From the NCBI RefSeq assembly GCF_009914755.1, contig NC_060933.1: a stretch of DNA of 64,000 bases. The stretch is one strand, 5' to 3'. The position numbers and the translations under genes are program-made. Of this stretch, positions 44,359 through 59,844 are shown piece by piece. This DNA is from the human T2T-CHM13v2.0 reference genome, Homo sapiens. Each line of letters begins with the position of its first letter. Position 1 is the stretch's first letter. The notes under the pieces are model-generated. The model made no database searches. It saw only the letters and a program-made list of their open reading frames with translations, and was not told the origin of the DNA.

Positions 44359-44589
44359 CTGTTAAAGAAAAAAGAGATGTCTATGTCACTAATCACAAGT
44401 GAGAGACCACACAGTCAGGGACACAGGGCACAAACCAGTGAGCTTAGAAGGACTCAACCACCAAACAGCTAAAGAATCAAATGCTGCCTAAGAAACAGCC
44501 CCCAGAAGATTCAAGCTATATAATGTGGGTAGCAACCACCCAGAGGTCTCACATTGCAGACTTTGACTCAGCAGGTCAGGGGTAGGGTC

Positions 44590-45055
44590 TGAGGTCCTGT
44601 ACTTCTAACCAGCTCCCATGTATACTGAGGCTGCAGTGTCTCAGTATCCCACCGGAACTGGTTAGAAGTCCACTTACACTTTGAGCAGCAAGGAGAAAAG
44701 GCATGTTGGATCGCCTGAGAAGCTTTAAACACACTGATACCTGCGTCCCAACATGCAGATAATCCCATTTAATTGGTTTGGATGTGAGGCCTGTGCATTC
44801 GTTTTTAGATGCTCCCTAGATGACTGTAACGTGAACCACATGTTAAGAACCACTGCTCTCAGCTTTGTCTACACCAGTGGTTCTCCAATTTGAGCTGGTA
44901 TCAGAATCCCCTGCAGGGCTTGTTAAAATAGAACGCTAAGCCATACCCCCGAGTTTCTAATTTGGTAGTAGTTCTGGGGTAAGGGCTCAAAATTTGCATT
45001 TCTGTCAAGTTTCTAGCTGCTGCTGCTCTGGGGGCCACACTTTGAGAACCACTAG
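44590..45055. mobile_element. MER5-type hAT DNA transposon fragments
   Basis: cagtggttctccaa...tcagaatcccctgcagggcttgttaaaa...cacactttgagaaccact. Confidence 0.65.
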
Positions 45056-47749
45056 GCTAGAAGAAAACCAGAGTGGATGTTCAAAGGCTGACTGCAAATG
45101 CTGCCTTCCTGGTGGATGAGATATAATGGTTATTTTCTTCTTGGACATAAATAATGATCTTAATACTTTAATATGTTTTAAAAATATGAGCTCTATTGAG
45201 AAGTCTCATCCTTCCATATGAAATGTGAGTTTCTTTGCCTGCCTTCTCATATAATCAGTGCATAGGGAAAATGATGACCTCAAAAGTAGACCACGGCAAC
45301 CATATGCATTTTAATTCATAAACAAATAAGCAGAGAAACCAATAATTATCTTAACTCCTGAAAGCAGAAAAGACTCCTCTGCAAAGTTGGTATTTTCGGC
45401 ATTCAAGACTCTGTGGGGCAACTGATAAAAGTCTACCTCATTTTGGCAGACATTTCCCATATGTCATTGCTTTGAAGGGCTTCCAGGTTATTGATACGCT
45501 CCCGATGTTGCCAGCACCTAAAAGGCTCTGTCGTGACTTGCTCCACTGTTTTCTCTATGGGCAAAGGAGACATCCCCTTCTCTCTCAACAGTGCCCTACA
45601 AAAGCTCTCCAAGGAGAGAGAGATGAGGGAGAGAATGAGTATGGGGTGGCCATGTCACTGTTGTGGGACATCTGCTGTAGGTTCAGGTGGGTGGTGCTGG
45701 GCACTTTTCCACACCCCATCCCGCTGGATCTTACACAGCCCAACAAGACCACACCAGTGTAGCATTCTTCCAGCAGCTCTTGAGACAATGGTGCTGCTTC
45801 CCCGGTCATTCTGCAGGGCGTGGCTCAGCTAAGCTGTTTTCTTTTCTGCTCAGGACACTGTTCCCTGGTGTATTCACAGGCTGACTAGGGAAAGGAAATG
45901 AAAGATCGTCCACCTGGTCAAACTGGCTTCTGGTCATTTCCATCAAGGAGGATCCAGTCAGAATCTGAAGTTATTGGCAAAAACAAGGATAACAGCTTGT
46001 AATCATAGGCACTTCCTGAACTCACAAGACGTGAATGTCAGAAGGATCCTTAGAGAGCATCTAAGATAGCACTAGATTTCAAGCTGAAATTCATAGAACC
46101 CTAGGGTTGGACAGGTGTCTTCTCCAGTGTTTGAGGTGGCACCAGCATTTTAAAAAATTTTTATTTTCATTTCCATGATTATCTTAAAATTAATATAAGA
46201 GTAACTGGGATCATTTAGGTGACCACTGTGTTATCAAGTTCTGCACACAATTTCAATGCCAGGATTTGCAGCTGGATTTCCAACATTATGATTGCTAGGT
46301 TTTCAAAGAATTAGAAAGAAAAGGACACAGGGTAGATTTCTCTGCCCACATAAAGCAAATTGACATTATACTTGTACATGATGTACAACTGAAGTTTCTG
46401 CTTGAATAGAAGAAATTAGTGGAAGAATTGAGTCATCCAGGTGCCCATGGTAATGAAGAGACATTGAACTTAAAAAATTCTGCCCCATGGTGGCCAGGCC
46501 AGCATCACATTCAGATGGAGATTTAGTTTCAGCGAACTTTGTCCATCATAGCAAAGTAATATTACATTGAATGTCATTGGCCTTACAATGTTTACTTGTA
46601 TTTAACTTTCAAATTTAAGTAGGGGGAGAGTTAAATAAAAAGTATAAATAAAAGAAGTTTATTTTTAATTTGTTTTTGCACATATTCAGGTAACAAAATT
46701 AGAGTCAGCATTAGTAATGAATACAAGGAATATATTTTTTTACGTTCTTACTCTGGCTCAAAGTTGGGAAAGGAGGGAGAATAGAGAGACATAATATGTC
46801 CCTGTCTCTCAGATGGTCAATGGCCAAGCTTTTCTGATGCCAATATTGATCCTTTTCTGGCAGAGCAGGCAAATATATTACCATTCAAAACAATATTCTT
46901 GTCATCAGGAAGCACTAAGTTCCAAAGACAGAGCTGAGAAGTGCTGTTCTGCATCTATTCTATACCTGTTCCCACTCCCCAAGACCCCCTGTGCCTGGCC
47001 ATTGTTCTGGCATTTTTGTGGTGGTCTTTTAACACTGCTAATTACAGTAGATTATAATCACAGCATGCCGTTTTTAGAGAGGAATTAATAAAGTTTTCTA
47101 GTCTATCTTGTTTGCTATTTCAAAATACCATTTTCCTACTGGGTAAACTGAGGCACTAAGCAATAAGTGACATGTACACTTAGCAGGAGAACAAGGACTA
47201 GAATATAGAATTGTCAGCTTTATTAAAAATGTCTACCAATTATAATGTGCTAAATTCATGGTTACAAATCAATTTGGAATGTAATCTCATGCACAATATA
47301 AAATGCATTTGGATTGGTTAAAATGGAAAGTAACTAGGCTTCCTGTCCTGTGTTATGACATTTTATAAACCAGAAAAAAGAAATCACAGAAAATATAAAA
47401 GGTTGTGGATTACTTTAAGGATTACTAAATGTTTCCAATTTTTTTTAAAAAAAAATAAGATGTGATGAGGAAATCTGAAAAAAAAAATGTATAGTCCTAT
47501 GTGCATCCTGAAAATAAAATAGTTTTGACACAAACCAATGTAATTGGCTCCCAACAATCTAGATATGTGTGTCTTCACTCATAATGTCAACATTAAGACA
47601 GGTTTAAGAAGAGCTCTTGAAGGAAGCTGTTAATGCAAATATACAAGACATCTGCCTTTTATATGTCAAACTGGGTTATCCTCCAAATTTAAGAAACTAT
47701 GGTTCCAAACATCACAAGGGGCAAGCAATTAGACAACCACTGCAAATTA

Positions 47750-48142
<393 letters not shown>

Positions 48143-49977
48143 TCATCTTACAATAAAGTGTAAGAAATTATAAGGATTAGAAAGAAAGGAAAGGCATAGC
48201 AAGGGAAGGGAAGAAAAAAAAGAAGAGAAAGCCATTGTGGTTGACTTTTGACAAGAAGATCGAAAGTATGAAAACAAGGCCCAAGCCACTTGACCCTATG
48301 GAATGGCAGATCTCAGGGCTAAACAGTGCTCTGGACCATCCTTTGACAATTAAGCAGAGATATAAGGGCAAAGAACCATCTGCTGGGTGGGCAAATACCT
48401 TCCCCTGCAGAGTGCCCTTGGCTCAAGGGTCTGAGATGGGGTCACTGAGAAGCAGCAGGGCCCAAGCCTCTCCACGGCAGCTCGTGCTGGCCCAGGCAGG
48501 AGTGATGCCCAGAATGGCCATGATGCCTGCCTCTGGCAGCTGCCACAGCAGGGCAGGGAGAAGTACCACTTCCCTGTTGCTGAGATTCGTGGCCCAATTG
48601 TACTGTCCTTTGGAAATGTCAAGGCTCTGGAGTCTACCTTTGACATTGCTCCTTCAATTTGGCTTCCAATGTGCCAACAGCAATTTTCTAATCCAGTTTC
48701 CAAGGTAGAAGGGGTATGGGAAGAAAAGGTAGAAAAGTCACAGGGAAAAGTTCCTACTTGTGCTAGTAAAACACAGGGTCCTCAACCTTGAAATGAAGAG
48801 ATCTTGGACCAGTAAACCTTTATGTAACATCTGAAGATTGCCTACTCATAATTTGGCTAAAGAATGCAAAATAGCAATAATAACAAAAACACCACCTCTA
48901 GGACATTATTTTATATTAAAAGGCTATTGAACACAAAAAAGTATAAAAGATGGCTTCTTAGGATATAAGATCATTTTTCAATTGAATAAATTTAGCTCCA
49001 GGAAAAACTCAATCTATTATCCTAATTTTAAAACTTTTCTCCAAACTGGTGGAAACTTTACCCAGACGCATAAAAATTAAGATGAGAACTTTCCGGAGGG
49101 TGAGCCTTCTTCCCTCTCCCTTCTGGAAAGGGCTGACTTGGCTTTCTTCCCTTTGCCCTCTGTGCCTCACTCCTTTGTGACCAATTTCCTGCCTGGTTTC
49201 TTTGCAGGCCCAGGCTGTCCACAGTGAGCAGCCAATTTGTGTGTGGATTCCGCCCTGTCCCGGGAGCGGGAGGTGGTTTTCTGAGTTCAACTTCGTGACA
49301 GTACAGTTTAGATGACATGGCCACTCTGAAGCTGGATGCTGACATCCTATTGTAGCATTCCCGCCCAAATGTGGGAAGCAAATTCCCTTGTTATTCCACC
49401 TTCTTCATTAAAGATGTGAAGCAAAAATAGAACATTCTCATTCTGTTCTCGAGTCTTCTTCTTACTCTCTCTCTCTCTCTGCAACTCCCTCCTTGTTGGC
49501 AAAGCAAACTATTAAAGGCTGCAGTATTACACTGGGAGAGAAAAATGCTGATTTTAAATGCTTATGAATAAAGCAGACTAAGAAAATTCACATTCTTCAG
49601 GCAGACTTAAAATATTAATATGGAGGTCCAATAAAAAAACAAAAAGTAGGGCAAGAGCCGAGTGACAGCGTGAGAAGCCTGTGGCAACTCTGGGGCCAGG
49701 GGGACTATTTCATCACCTGGTAAGAACGCCAGTGCCTCCAGGATTTTTGACAGCTTTTGGCTAATGAAATGAAAACTAATGGTGGGGTCCTTGTCACAGC
49801 TTACCCCTAAAAATAAAACGATGGCCAAGAAGATCTTCTATGGAAATCAGGAGGGGGAAATTAGTTGCCATCACAATTAACCTTTTTTACAGTGTCTTGC
49901 AAGGCATATTATTGAAGCAGGGGTCCCTTCTCAGAAATTCCCAACAAGAGCAAGAGACCAACCCCAAGGGTACTTAC

Positions 49978-50031
49978 CGGGTCTCCCCCAGAGGCGAAGG
50001 AGATGGACCGCATGTGGTGATTCGCTATGAT
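49978..50031 (-). CDS. SHC3: SHC3 coding exon (exon 5, 54 bp), PTB domain: IIANHHMRSISFASGGDP
   Basis: Hallmark Shc PTB peptide inside ORF 49909..50190. Boundaries are ctggcag|ATC and CCG|gtaagt. Confidence 0.97.
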
Positions 50032-50380
50032 CTGCCAGGCCCAAAACAAGAAACGAGATGTGCTGTTATCGCCCTTTCCACATTTTGGAAAAGCAACTGT
50101 TTGTTGGCAGGCATTACAAATTGACATGTTTTCCTGAAAATTGGTATCTATATAAAAATAATGATTATAAAAGTAATAGCAATAGATCACCTTTCAAAAT
50201 CTGATGGCTGCTGTCCAGCTGCTTTGCCAGAATAGTGTCCGTGAAGCCTCGCTGCAGCCTGTGATGTGGGAACTATCGTCATCCCACTTTACAGGTGAGG
50301 AGCCAGAACCCAGAGGGGTCAAGTGGCTTGCTCAAATTAAGACAGCTGGTGATTAGCAGGGCTGCGATCTAACACGGGGG

Positions 50381-51051
50381 CGTATAGAGCACCCTTAACA
50401 TAAGTGACTCCATCTTAGAAAAAGACTCCATCTTACATTTCAAGAAGCAACATGCCAACAGGTACCAGATGTTTGCCTAATTAATGAAGATGGCACCCAA
50501 CAAGATAAGGACATAAAAAGGCAGACTCTTTTACTATCAGTCCTCACCAGAGGACTCTGGTCATAAAAAGGAGGACTTCACCAGCTTGAAACAGCCTTCT
50601 TAACAGACACCGTCTTGCTGTCACTGGTGATAAGCAGCCAGCATCTGCCAACGAAGGCTCTGCCCACATCAAAGACTCTTCCTTGCAAGACATTGTTGTG
50701 CATCTGGATCAAGCCAGGACACTCTCTTTGTCCACATCACTTGCCCCAGACTGGTTTATTAATCCCTACTCCTATCTCTTTTTCTCTTGATGCTAAATGT
50801 TACTTGGTTTGATGTGGAATGTTTAATCTGTAACATTTATATACTGATTAAGTATACTCTTATGTATGGTTTGCAATATTGACTGACCTGTGGAGTGGCT
50901 TCAGTCTGTGTGCCCACAGCTCTGATACAGAGTGAACTCCATGTAGCTCATGGTTTTCATTATTAAAATAGCCTCAATAAAAGTCTGACCTTGTGGAAAG
51001 ACACAAATGTGCATGGACCTGGTTATGTCTGACCTTGAGCTGCTTATGACA
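50381..51051 (+). mobile_element. Solo LTR (ERV1-like, subfamily not determined) inserted in a MIR remnant
   Basis: Repeated GACTCCATCTT near the 5' end, AATAAA at ~50976, ends ATGACA, G-rich flanks. MIR-like text at 50270-50370. Confidence 0.6.
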
Positions 51052-53887
51052 GGGAGGCCCACCCCGAGGCCAGGGTCTTAACAACCATGCCTCTTCCAGA
51101 AGGAATCTGTCTCACCCACACACCAAAACATCTCAACTTATAGATTATGTTTCCAAAAACACACTGAGGTCTCTGACACAGAACTCACAGCTAGAATGGG
51201 GGGAAATGTGGCCCATCTTCCATTTTATCCCATTAGAAAGCCAGCATCCAAGATTCCAACTCGGCGCCATCTAAAGCACTCTTGTAATTTATCAATGTAA
51301 AATCCAGAGCAGACAATCCATGTTAATTTTGAAATGGGAAATTTCCATTAGCTTTATAAACTGCAGCGTACAGTGGAATTTAGTAGACACTGAGTAAATT
51401 AGAAGCTGCCCTAAATTTAAAAAGCTACATAAGTCTTCCATGCTAATTTTATCTTTTTAAAGACAATGTAATGACATTGAAGTAAATTTCCGGGGGTGAG
51501 AACAGAGCTCATCTCTAACCCAACATAACCAGGTTTAGTTCTGCAGAGTCCCCTTGGGCCCTTGTCCTCGGGCAGGCAGTCAGGATTTATATAGCTATAA
51601 TCATACATCCCAGGGATTTGTCCAAACATGCTCCTGTAAAACTTGAAATAAAATATAATTGAATTATAATAGAAAATAAGATAGTTTTAAATGCCTACTT
51701 TGGTTATTGGCACTTACAACACCTCAGGATCTAGAAACCCCTGAGTACATAAGTGAATAGAGAATGAGGCTGGCTACAGAGGCTGCACCCAAGCCCCAGC
51801 TGAGTTAAACTAAAAACAGTGGTCTTTGCAGCTCTCTGGAATCTTCCCTCTGGCGCAAAGGTAGAGGGCTCCTAAGAGAATAATGAGGAAATAGCAACCA
51901 CCAGGAAATGATAAACTATGGCTCTCAAAGTTTTACATTTTTGCTTATTTAATTTTTGCTTATAAGGCAGGTCTAAAACTGGAGTTTGGAAATTAAATTG
52001 GAAGCTGTGATTTGGAAAAAAAATGAAAGTCATATTTGGTTGACGTGATGCGTGAGCCTTATTGTGTGATTGTATGTTATCTCTTTGGGTAAGACAGAAA
52101 TTGAAAACCAGGGTAAGAAAATTAGAGCTAATTGACCTAAATCACGTGTTTTGCCCTGAGGGTGTTGCATCTCATTTCCACTAGGAACTCTGTAGAGGGG
52201 AGCGGCTGTTGTCTTGCTGCTGTCTCACTGGATGGAGAAGGGAGTGTCTAGCCAGGCTGTTCTCAATTTGCTACAGTTGGGCCCAAAAGTCAGCTGGAAG
52301 GGAGAGTCAGAACCCTGTGTGCTTGCCCCCCACCCAACCTTCACACACTCATCAACCAAACTACCAGTCCCCTGGGTGTCCAGAACCTGCCACTTTGCCC
52401 CATCCGCCCAAACCAAGGGCAGGAAAACATGAACTGGACACCTGCTTCGGCTGCCATGTTCCAGGACAGAGAGGGCCAGCCCAGTCTCATCCCACTGCTC
52501 TTAGTTTGTTTTCTATTTTACTGAGGTGGGAGGGGAGTTCAGGGAGAAGATCCCACAGATTTAAGAAGTCTGAGGACCAAATAAAAGGTCCAGGAGACAT
52601 AGAAAAGGAACAGCTCCGGGCATGAAGGAGAGTGCAGAGGTGAGCCCAGCCAACAAGCCTTCATGAACAGCGCAGTCTTGGACCATGCCAGAGAAAGGCT
52701 GAGCCTGGTGAATATTCAGAATCCACAACCTCCAGAGCTAGTGAACTAGTCCCTTAGACAAGTTAAGATAAAAAGACAAGAAATTATCTATCAGTCCTGT
52801 GAGGACAAAAGGAGGCAGTGAGAAGTGGTATCTAGTTATGTTAACACAAAGCCTGGGTTTTGCTTCCCATTTCTGTGCTAGATCCAGGATTTATTTCAAC
52901 ATCTTGGGTGGCAGGTGGAGGAATAAATGAAGCTGGAGATGCTGCTCACTAACCTGGGGAATATGGAAGTCAATCAACAGAAGTATGTATAGTAACATAA
53001 AGGTCACTGCGGGCATCCCTGGTGACAATGTCGGAATCAGGTAGAGTATTATATAGAGAGGTCCCATCCGAGCTCCAGCTCCGATAGCCAGCCCCAGAAG
53101 CTGAGCCGGGGCACAGCAAGGGAGGAGAGTCCACACTCCACACCCCCCTGGATACTGCTCAAGCATTTCACCTCCTGCGCCTCATTTGACCTTCAGAAGT
53201 GCCTTGTTGGTAGCTAAAATAGCTACTCAAACACCTATTTTTCCAGCTAAAGAAATTAATGATGACTAGATCAGAGAAATCTAAAAGATAGACATTGTGC
53301 AGGAACGCAACCATCCTCAATAAAATTAGCCTTAATTAACACTGTGGCTGTGGTGTCTCAGTCAGCTCCAAATTCATTCCACATTGGCTATTCCATAGAC
53401 AACACCACTTCTTATTACCCCTACAACACTATGTACTACAAGATGCTCCAAAACAATGAGCCACTAAAGCAAAAAAAAAAAAAAAAAAAAAAAAATCACC
53501 AATTAGACCATGACATGCCGTCCACTTCAAAGGTAATAAAATAAAATATGGCCTGTAAAACCAATTAAATATGGTGTAAAAGAAAAAAATAAGGGCAAGG
53601 ACATTAAGAAGAGACTTTGCACACACATCATTTTTTTTTTTTTACATTGCAAGTAAACCAATGATTTTGTGCATTATACTCCAAAGAAATAAAAAGCAGA
53701 ATTAAAGAGAGCCAATTTCATTTATCATTCTCTTGGTGATCCTTCAAAGTGGCCAAAGTTCATACTCTAGTAAAAATTTGACACAAAATATGCTATGTGA
53801 GCTCAGTAAAGCTGCAAGGAAGAAGCCTGCGAAACACTCATCACCTGGGGCTGTGGGCAGGGACAGGGGATCTGAGCACCCATGTAC

Positions 53888-54007
53888 CTGTTTGGAGTCC
53901 GGAGTTCGCAGGTTCAGACTGGCCGTGGAGATGGTCAGAGAGATGCTCATTCCCGCAAACTGGAGGTTGCTCTTTCCCAAGATGCTGGACAGCATTTTGC
54001 TTGGAGG
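53888..54007 (-). CDS. SHC3: SHC3 coding exon (exon 4, 120 bp), PTB domain: [40 protein letters not shown]
   Basis: ORF 53744..53995 contains the Shc PTB peptide. Boundaries are tttcacag|CCT and CAG|gtacat. Phase 0-0. Confidence 0.97.
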
Positions 54008-55518
54008 CTGTGAAATTAAAGAGCATTATTTTAGCTGTTTCATTTCCATCTCAAAGGGTGGGGATGTGGATGCCTGCCATACCCCTAAACTCTCACTAAC
54101 TGTTCCTCCCTCCTTAGGCATAAGAAGACAAAATGTGAAATGAATAAGCTGGGAGTAGGGGGATCCGAAGCTAATAAGCAAATTTTAGAATATGCAACAT
54201 GCAAATTATAAACCATATAATATGCAAATGCTGAGGTGAAAACTCTTGCAGGCAGGCAGAGGCATCAGTCTTCCAGGCCTTTTCTCTGGCCCTGTTGGGA
54301 AGTGTCTCATGGAGAAGTCCTCATATGTAAACCTGGGGAAAGCCCATCACATTTTGTACGCTCAGCAACCTGGTATCATCACACCTACTTCAGAGGAAGA
54401 GTCAAACTAACTTAGAGGAAGACTAAAGCAGGCCAGCTCTAGGGGATTACAAGAATCCCAGAGAGATGCAAGGATGTTCGCGGCCGAAGGGAATGGACCA
54501 CAAATTTTTTGGAGCAAACACTCTCCCTGGTCAAGGTTCTCATGGACTGTCCTCTTAAAAACCCATGGGCCTAGAGCCAGCATAAGGATAGATAGACATG
54601 GCCTGGCTGTAACTGGTATACAGTTCCCATTACCCTGTCAGAAATGTCCTTACAGGGGACTGACAGCTGTGTTTTGGGGCCAGGGACCTTCTTCCTAGGT
54701 ACCTGGGTGGGCAATGCCCTTTGGTACCAACCCATCCCTTCTTTTTGGATTAGAACACTCTCTCTTTTGATATGCTAATTAGTTCCTAACCAGGTGCACA
54801 CCCTTTTTAATCCCCTGAAGGAGATATTTAAAAACAGAGATGCTGAGGCCCCACCCATGAGATTCTGGGTGGAGCCAAGAAACGGGCATCGTTTCCACCA
54901 AGAGAACCATGAGGATGCCCCAGGATGAGCTGGGACCTGGAAGATGAGATTCCCCTTCTTCGTTCTCAGTTGCCGTCCTAGTTCCTATAGTGGAGACTCT
55001 GGAGCCTTACTTGGTTCCCCATGGACTGGCCAGAACATGGGCTGGCACATCTGAGTCTTCATTCAGAGTTCTCTTCCGAAACCCAGCTGCCCTGTGGGTG
55101 CGTGAAAGTCCCCAAGCTCTGAAGACAGAAACAAGCTTGAGCCTGGGATCAGCAGAGCCACACATGCAGCTGCCCAGATGATCTGGAATCAGGAATGTGC
55201 AACCTCAGGGCAGATTCAGAGGTTCTTTGAAGGACGCTTTCTCCACAATTCAGGTTAGGCATAGAAAAGCCTTGATTGTGGATTTAGCTGGGTATTCACT
55301 AGACAACTTAACTGAAGAGGTTTTCATGGTTTCTCCTAATCCAGGCTTTTTTTTTTTCCTTCTGACTCAAATATCTTCAGGATGAAAAGTCCTAGTGCAG
55401 TGTTTGAACATGCAGCCTGTGGAGCCCAGCCCTCTGAGCTTGCTCTCAGACAACATCTACCTGCATTGTGGCCTTTCCCCTCCGTTCACAGTTGTCATCA
55501 TCTGTAATACGGGGATAT

Positions 55519-56280
55519 CCAGTGGTATTCTAGTGCTGGCTTGGCCCAGCTGATGGGAGCCAATTATTAAATTTTTCAGAATTTTATAATCTGACTATTA
55601 ATCACAGCTGTTATTAAAAATGAATGTATGTAAACTTACAATTAAATAAATTACCTTTAAAAAAACAGACAATAGGGCCGGGCATGGTGGCTCACACCTG
55701 TAATCCCAACACTTTGGGAAGCCAAGGCGGGTGGATCACGAGGTCAAGAGGTCGAGACCATCCTGGCCAATACAGTGAAACCCCATCTCTACTAAAAATA
55801 CAAAAATTAGCTGGGCATGGTGGCGCACACCTGTAATCCCAGCTACTCGGGAGGCTGAGCCAGGAGAATCGCTTGAACCCAGGAGGCGGAGATTTCAGTC
55901 AGCCAAGATCACGCCACTGCACTCCAGCCCGGGGGATAGAGCGAGACTCTGTCTCAAAAAAACAAAAAAAAAAACAAAAAAAAACAGACAATAAATGCTC
56001 AACATGCATCACTTCCTAATTCTTTTGCTGCATTAACTACTAACTGTTTTTCAAGTTATTTATGCCCACAGTACCTGTATGGCAGAAACATTATACAACC
56101 ATGAGCTACTACATATCTCTTCCCGACTCTGTTTTCACGGGATATAATTTTGAGAAATTGAAATCGGCCACAGCAGAGGTATTGACATCACACAAATCAG
56201 AAAATGCTACAAACTTTCTTTTTCATTCCCCTGCCCAACCTGGAGAGCTGGTTGTTAAACATTTACCAGCACACCACTGG
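55519..56280. mobile_element. MER63-like hAT DNA transposon interrupted by an Alu
   Basis: Ends ccagtggt... and ...ccagcacaccactgg resemble MER63 terminal inverted repeats. Confidence 0.55.
55676..55984 (+). mobile_element. AluS element
   Basis: Full Alu with AAAACAGACAATA on both sides (TSD). Confidence 0.95.
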
Positions 56281-56618
56281 GGATATCTAACTCAGTTGTT
56301 GTAGTTAAGTAAATTGATGTATTGAAAGTGCTTAAAGGAAAGCCTGACCCTGTTTTAAGTGTCTGTTGTTATCATTATCTTCAGAGTTTAAGCCACAGTG
56401 AATGAGTAACCAGGGTGTCTACTTCTGAGACAGGGACAGCTAACTGTCCTCAACCACGTGAGAGAGAAAGCAATCTAAGCCCTTTCTGCTTTTAGAAGTA
56501 GCAAGCGCCGGGCCACAGAAAGAGGACAATGAATAATTCTGTGTGACTGAAGATACCGAGTGGCAAAAAAGAGGAAGTAGAGGAGACACAGTTAGACACA
56601 GAGCATTGAGGACAGTAC

Positions 56619-56682
56619 CTTTCTCTTCTTGAAGGCTCCCTTCGCACCAGGCACAGCTTCACAGACGCGGCTGATGGCTTCC
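56619..56682 (-). CDS. SHC3: SHC3 coding exon (exon 3, 64 bp), PTB domain: (R)[21 protein letters not shown]
   Basis: Minus strand reads ttcttcctgtcctaag|G GAA GCC ATC AGC CGC...AAG AGA AAG|gtactg. The peptide matches the Shc-family PTB region. Phase 2 in, phase 0 out, joining the next exon in frame. Not in the ORF track; read manually. Confidence 0.95.
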
Positions 56683-59480
56683 CTTAGGACAGGAAGAAAA
56701 AGCAATTTTATTACGTGTCAGTCGGGATTATGGAACCCAGAGATGCTACACTTGCACATCCAAAGAAAATAACTGCCTGTTTATTTCAGTATAGAAAACA
56801 GAGCTGCCAATTTGGGAGTCATCCGATTCTTCTTCTAAAACACAAAACTAAACAAAACGCAAACAGGTCATCGTAAAACCTCTCCTGGCAATATTCTAGT
56901 TCTCTTTGTTGTGGTGGCTGGATACTAACAATGTCATCTGTGTCAATGCTACACTTTTTTTTTTTTTTACATTTTGCTAAGATTCTATTTTTGTAAGTCA
57001 GCACCCTAAAATATTCTCTTCCCGACACTGTGATGCTATCTATCTCCATGGCTTTGGTCAGGACATCAGGCCCAAACCTAATCAACCACCTTGATTGATT
57101 GAGATCCTTCTTAAGTGAGTTAGAATGTAATTAAAAGAAACATGGTCATCCCGAGTTTTATTCCCAGTTTCTGCGGTTAGTGAATCTTACAAAATCAAGA
57201 GGGGTTGGAAGGAGAAGAGGAACTGCAGGGTGTATAAAGAACCCGGCAGTGAGGTGATGTGCAGGGCAGTTCCATGGAACCGCACTGGTGAGGCTGCTGG
57301 GACGTGCAGGCATGGGTCCCGGTGGAGGAGGCAGAGTGTCCTGGTGCTGAGTGGCCGGGGGCAAGAGTCCAACACGTGGTTCTGCATGGGGCAGGAGGAC
57401 CCCAGAGGGTGAGGAAGCAAGACAGGATGGTCACAGCTGAGGGCTAGGGTGGCAGGAAGGGAATGCTGGAGAGGAAACACAGCTCAACCTCATGATCCAG
57501 CCTAAGTGAGAAATGCCTGGGAGGTGGGCAAAGGTGGTTCCAAGTCAGGGGTCCAGAAAGGAGCTGGTGACCCTTCCCACTCACACATGGAGGAGAAAAT
57601 ACTACTGCATAGAAAAAAATCAACAGGGACTTGGAGACACGGTGAACAAGAGAAGATAATAGGTCCTCAGAAACATTCTATAAACTTTCCGAGCTCAATA
57701 CTTCTTCAGATTAATTTCTACCATGTGGACGAAAAATAATCACCATAACAACACAGTGCTTTGAAGAGAAATATGTCCATATCAGTTACGCAACAGACTA
57801 TCAGGACAAGCTTCCCATTTGCCACTCAATTTATTGTAGAGAGCAGGGAAGGAAACATTTTCCTAAAAGCTCAGATGCCAGGAAAACCGTAGGCAATGAA
57901 TCATCATGACATGGAAAAAGTGAAGCAAGAAACAAATGTTTTTGATGTTTATGCTTACTCTTATTCATTTTATAATAATATTCTAACTGTGTTTCTATCA
58001 AAGTGACCAATCACGTATCATCTAAAGTACTTTCTAAAAGCTAACTTCTTATTAAAGAAGGTCAAATTGTCTCTTTACAGAACTATATAAACCCATTATC
58101 TATATTTTATGTTTAATTTTTAGAAAACCAGTACAGTGAATCGCTGCATTGTATTTCTTATATTAAGTGACATACTTAGTTGAGCAAGGCAGCTAAACCT
58201 CTGATGGTTCCAGCAGGGTAGAAAGATATTACATGCTGAAGTGTCTCCCTTTAATCACTCCATAAATATTCCTGATAAGCACCGTATTTATTTTACCATC
58301 CACCAACATGGAGTCTAAAAGAAAAAAATCAGACTCCAAGGACAGTTATCCAAAAAGACACATAGTATCAAATGTCTCATCTAGTCAGGCCCTGGAGCTT
58401 GCAACAGGACCCAGCTGCTTCTGTGCTACTTTTGGGGAAGGGAGGTAGAAACTATGCATCACCAGTTAGAAGGAATTACAAAGCTCTGAAAACTGTTAAC
58501 ATTTCTTTCCAATACCTTTTCACACAGAACAGAATGCACAGGTCTCAGGGCACATTCGCAGATAGAAGAAGTTCCAAAAATTTCTCAGAGCTCATATACT
58601 CAGGGAAAATCCTAAGGATCCCACTTGTGAGTCTTTAGAATCCCCAAAGGAGTTTTCAAATGAAACTGCTTTTTAGAAAAATGTTCTCTTTTCATCACTG
58701 GCATAAATTCCTTCCTAATGCTCATACGATAACACGTGTGTGTGAATTCTCATTTCAACCACGCTGATGGCATCTATTTCTGTTTGAAATAGAAATGCAG
58801 CATAACTATTAATAACTGCAATATTTAGATGCCTGGAATGAGTTACTTTAACTCCAAAATCTAATTTTAAATGTAACTATTCTCAATTCCCCTTCTTGCT
58901 GTTTAAGTGTAGTACGTTTTGGTAAGCAGTACTGTTTCCATTTGTTCGTTTAGCAATCATTATTTAGCTTTATGTAGTTCCACTTAATCCCCATTTGAGT
59001 CTCAGGTACCAATTTTGCCCTGTTTTTAATCATAGGGATTGCTTCTTAACATTCTGTTCAGTATGACCCTGTTTCTGTGAGCCAAATCAAGACCTCAGAA
59101 CTCGGCTAATTTGAAAATGGGACATTTGGCAACCTCTGTGGTCATCTGAAAGTCTCGGAAGCCAGCCCAACCGCCAGATGTGAACCCTCATTGTCCTCAT
59201 GATTTCACCATCTTCCCTTCAGAACTGGACTCTTTGAAATCATGTAGTAGCATCTTTCTCCCTCCTCATCCATCTCACTACAGCCCATCCCAAGGCCCCA
59301 CAAGGAATGGTCTATGTGACTGGCATGGGTCAATGCACATCAGTAGAGAAAGAGATACCCAAGAAGCAGCATTTGAGTGAGTGGGCAGCTATGCAGGAAA
59401 AAATTATGTTGGGCTCCTATCTCTTGCCTTATATGCAAATAAATTACAGATGGGTCACAAATTGAAATCATTTGTAATGA

Positions 59481-59844
<364 letters not shown>

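Noticed and set aside
48235-48708. 157-aa + strand ORF with an overlapping 117-aa minus ORF
   Set aside because: No homology recognised and a non-ATG start. A length like this is expected by chance in 64 kb.
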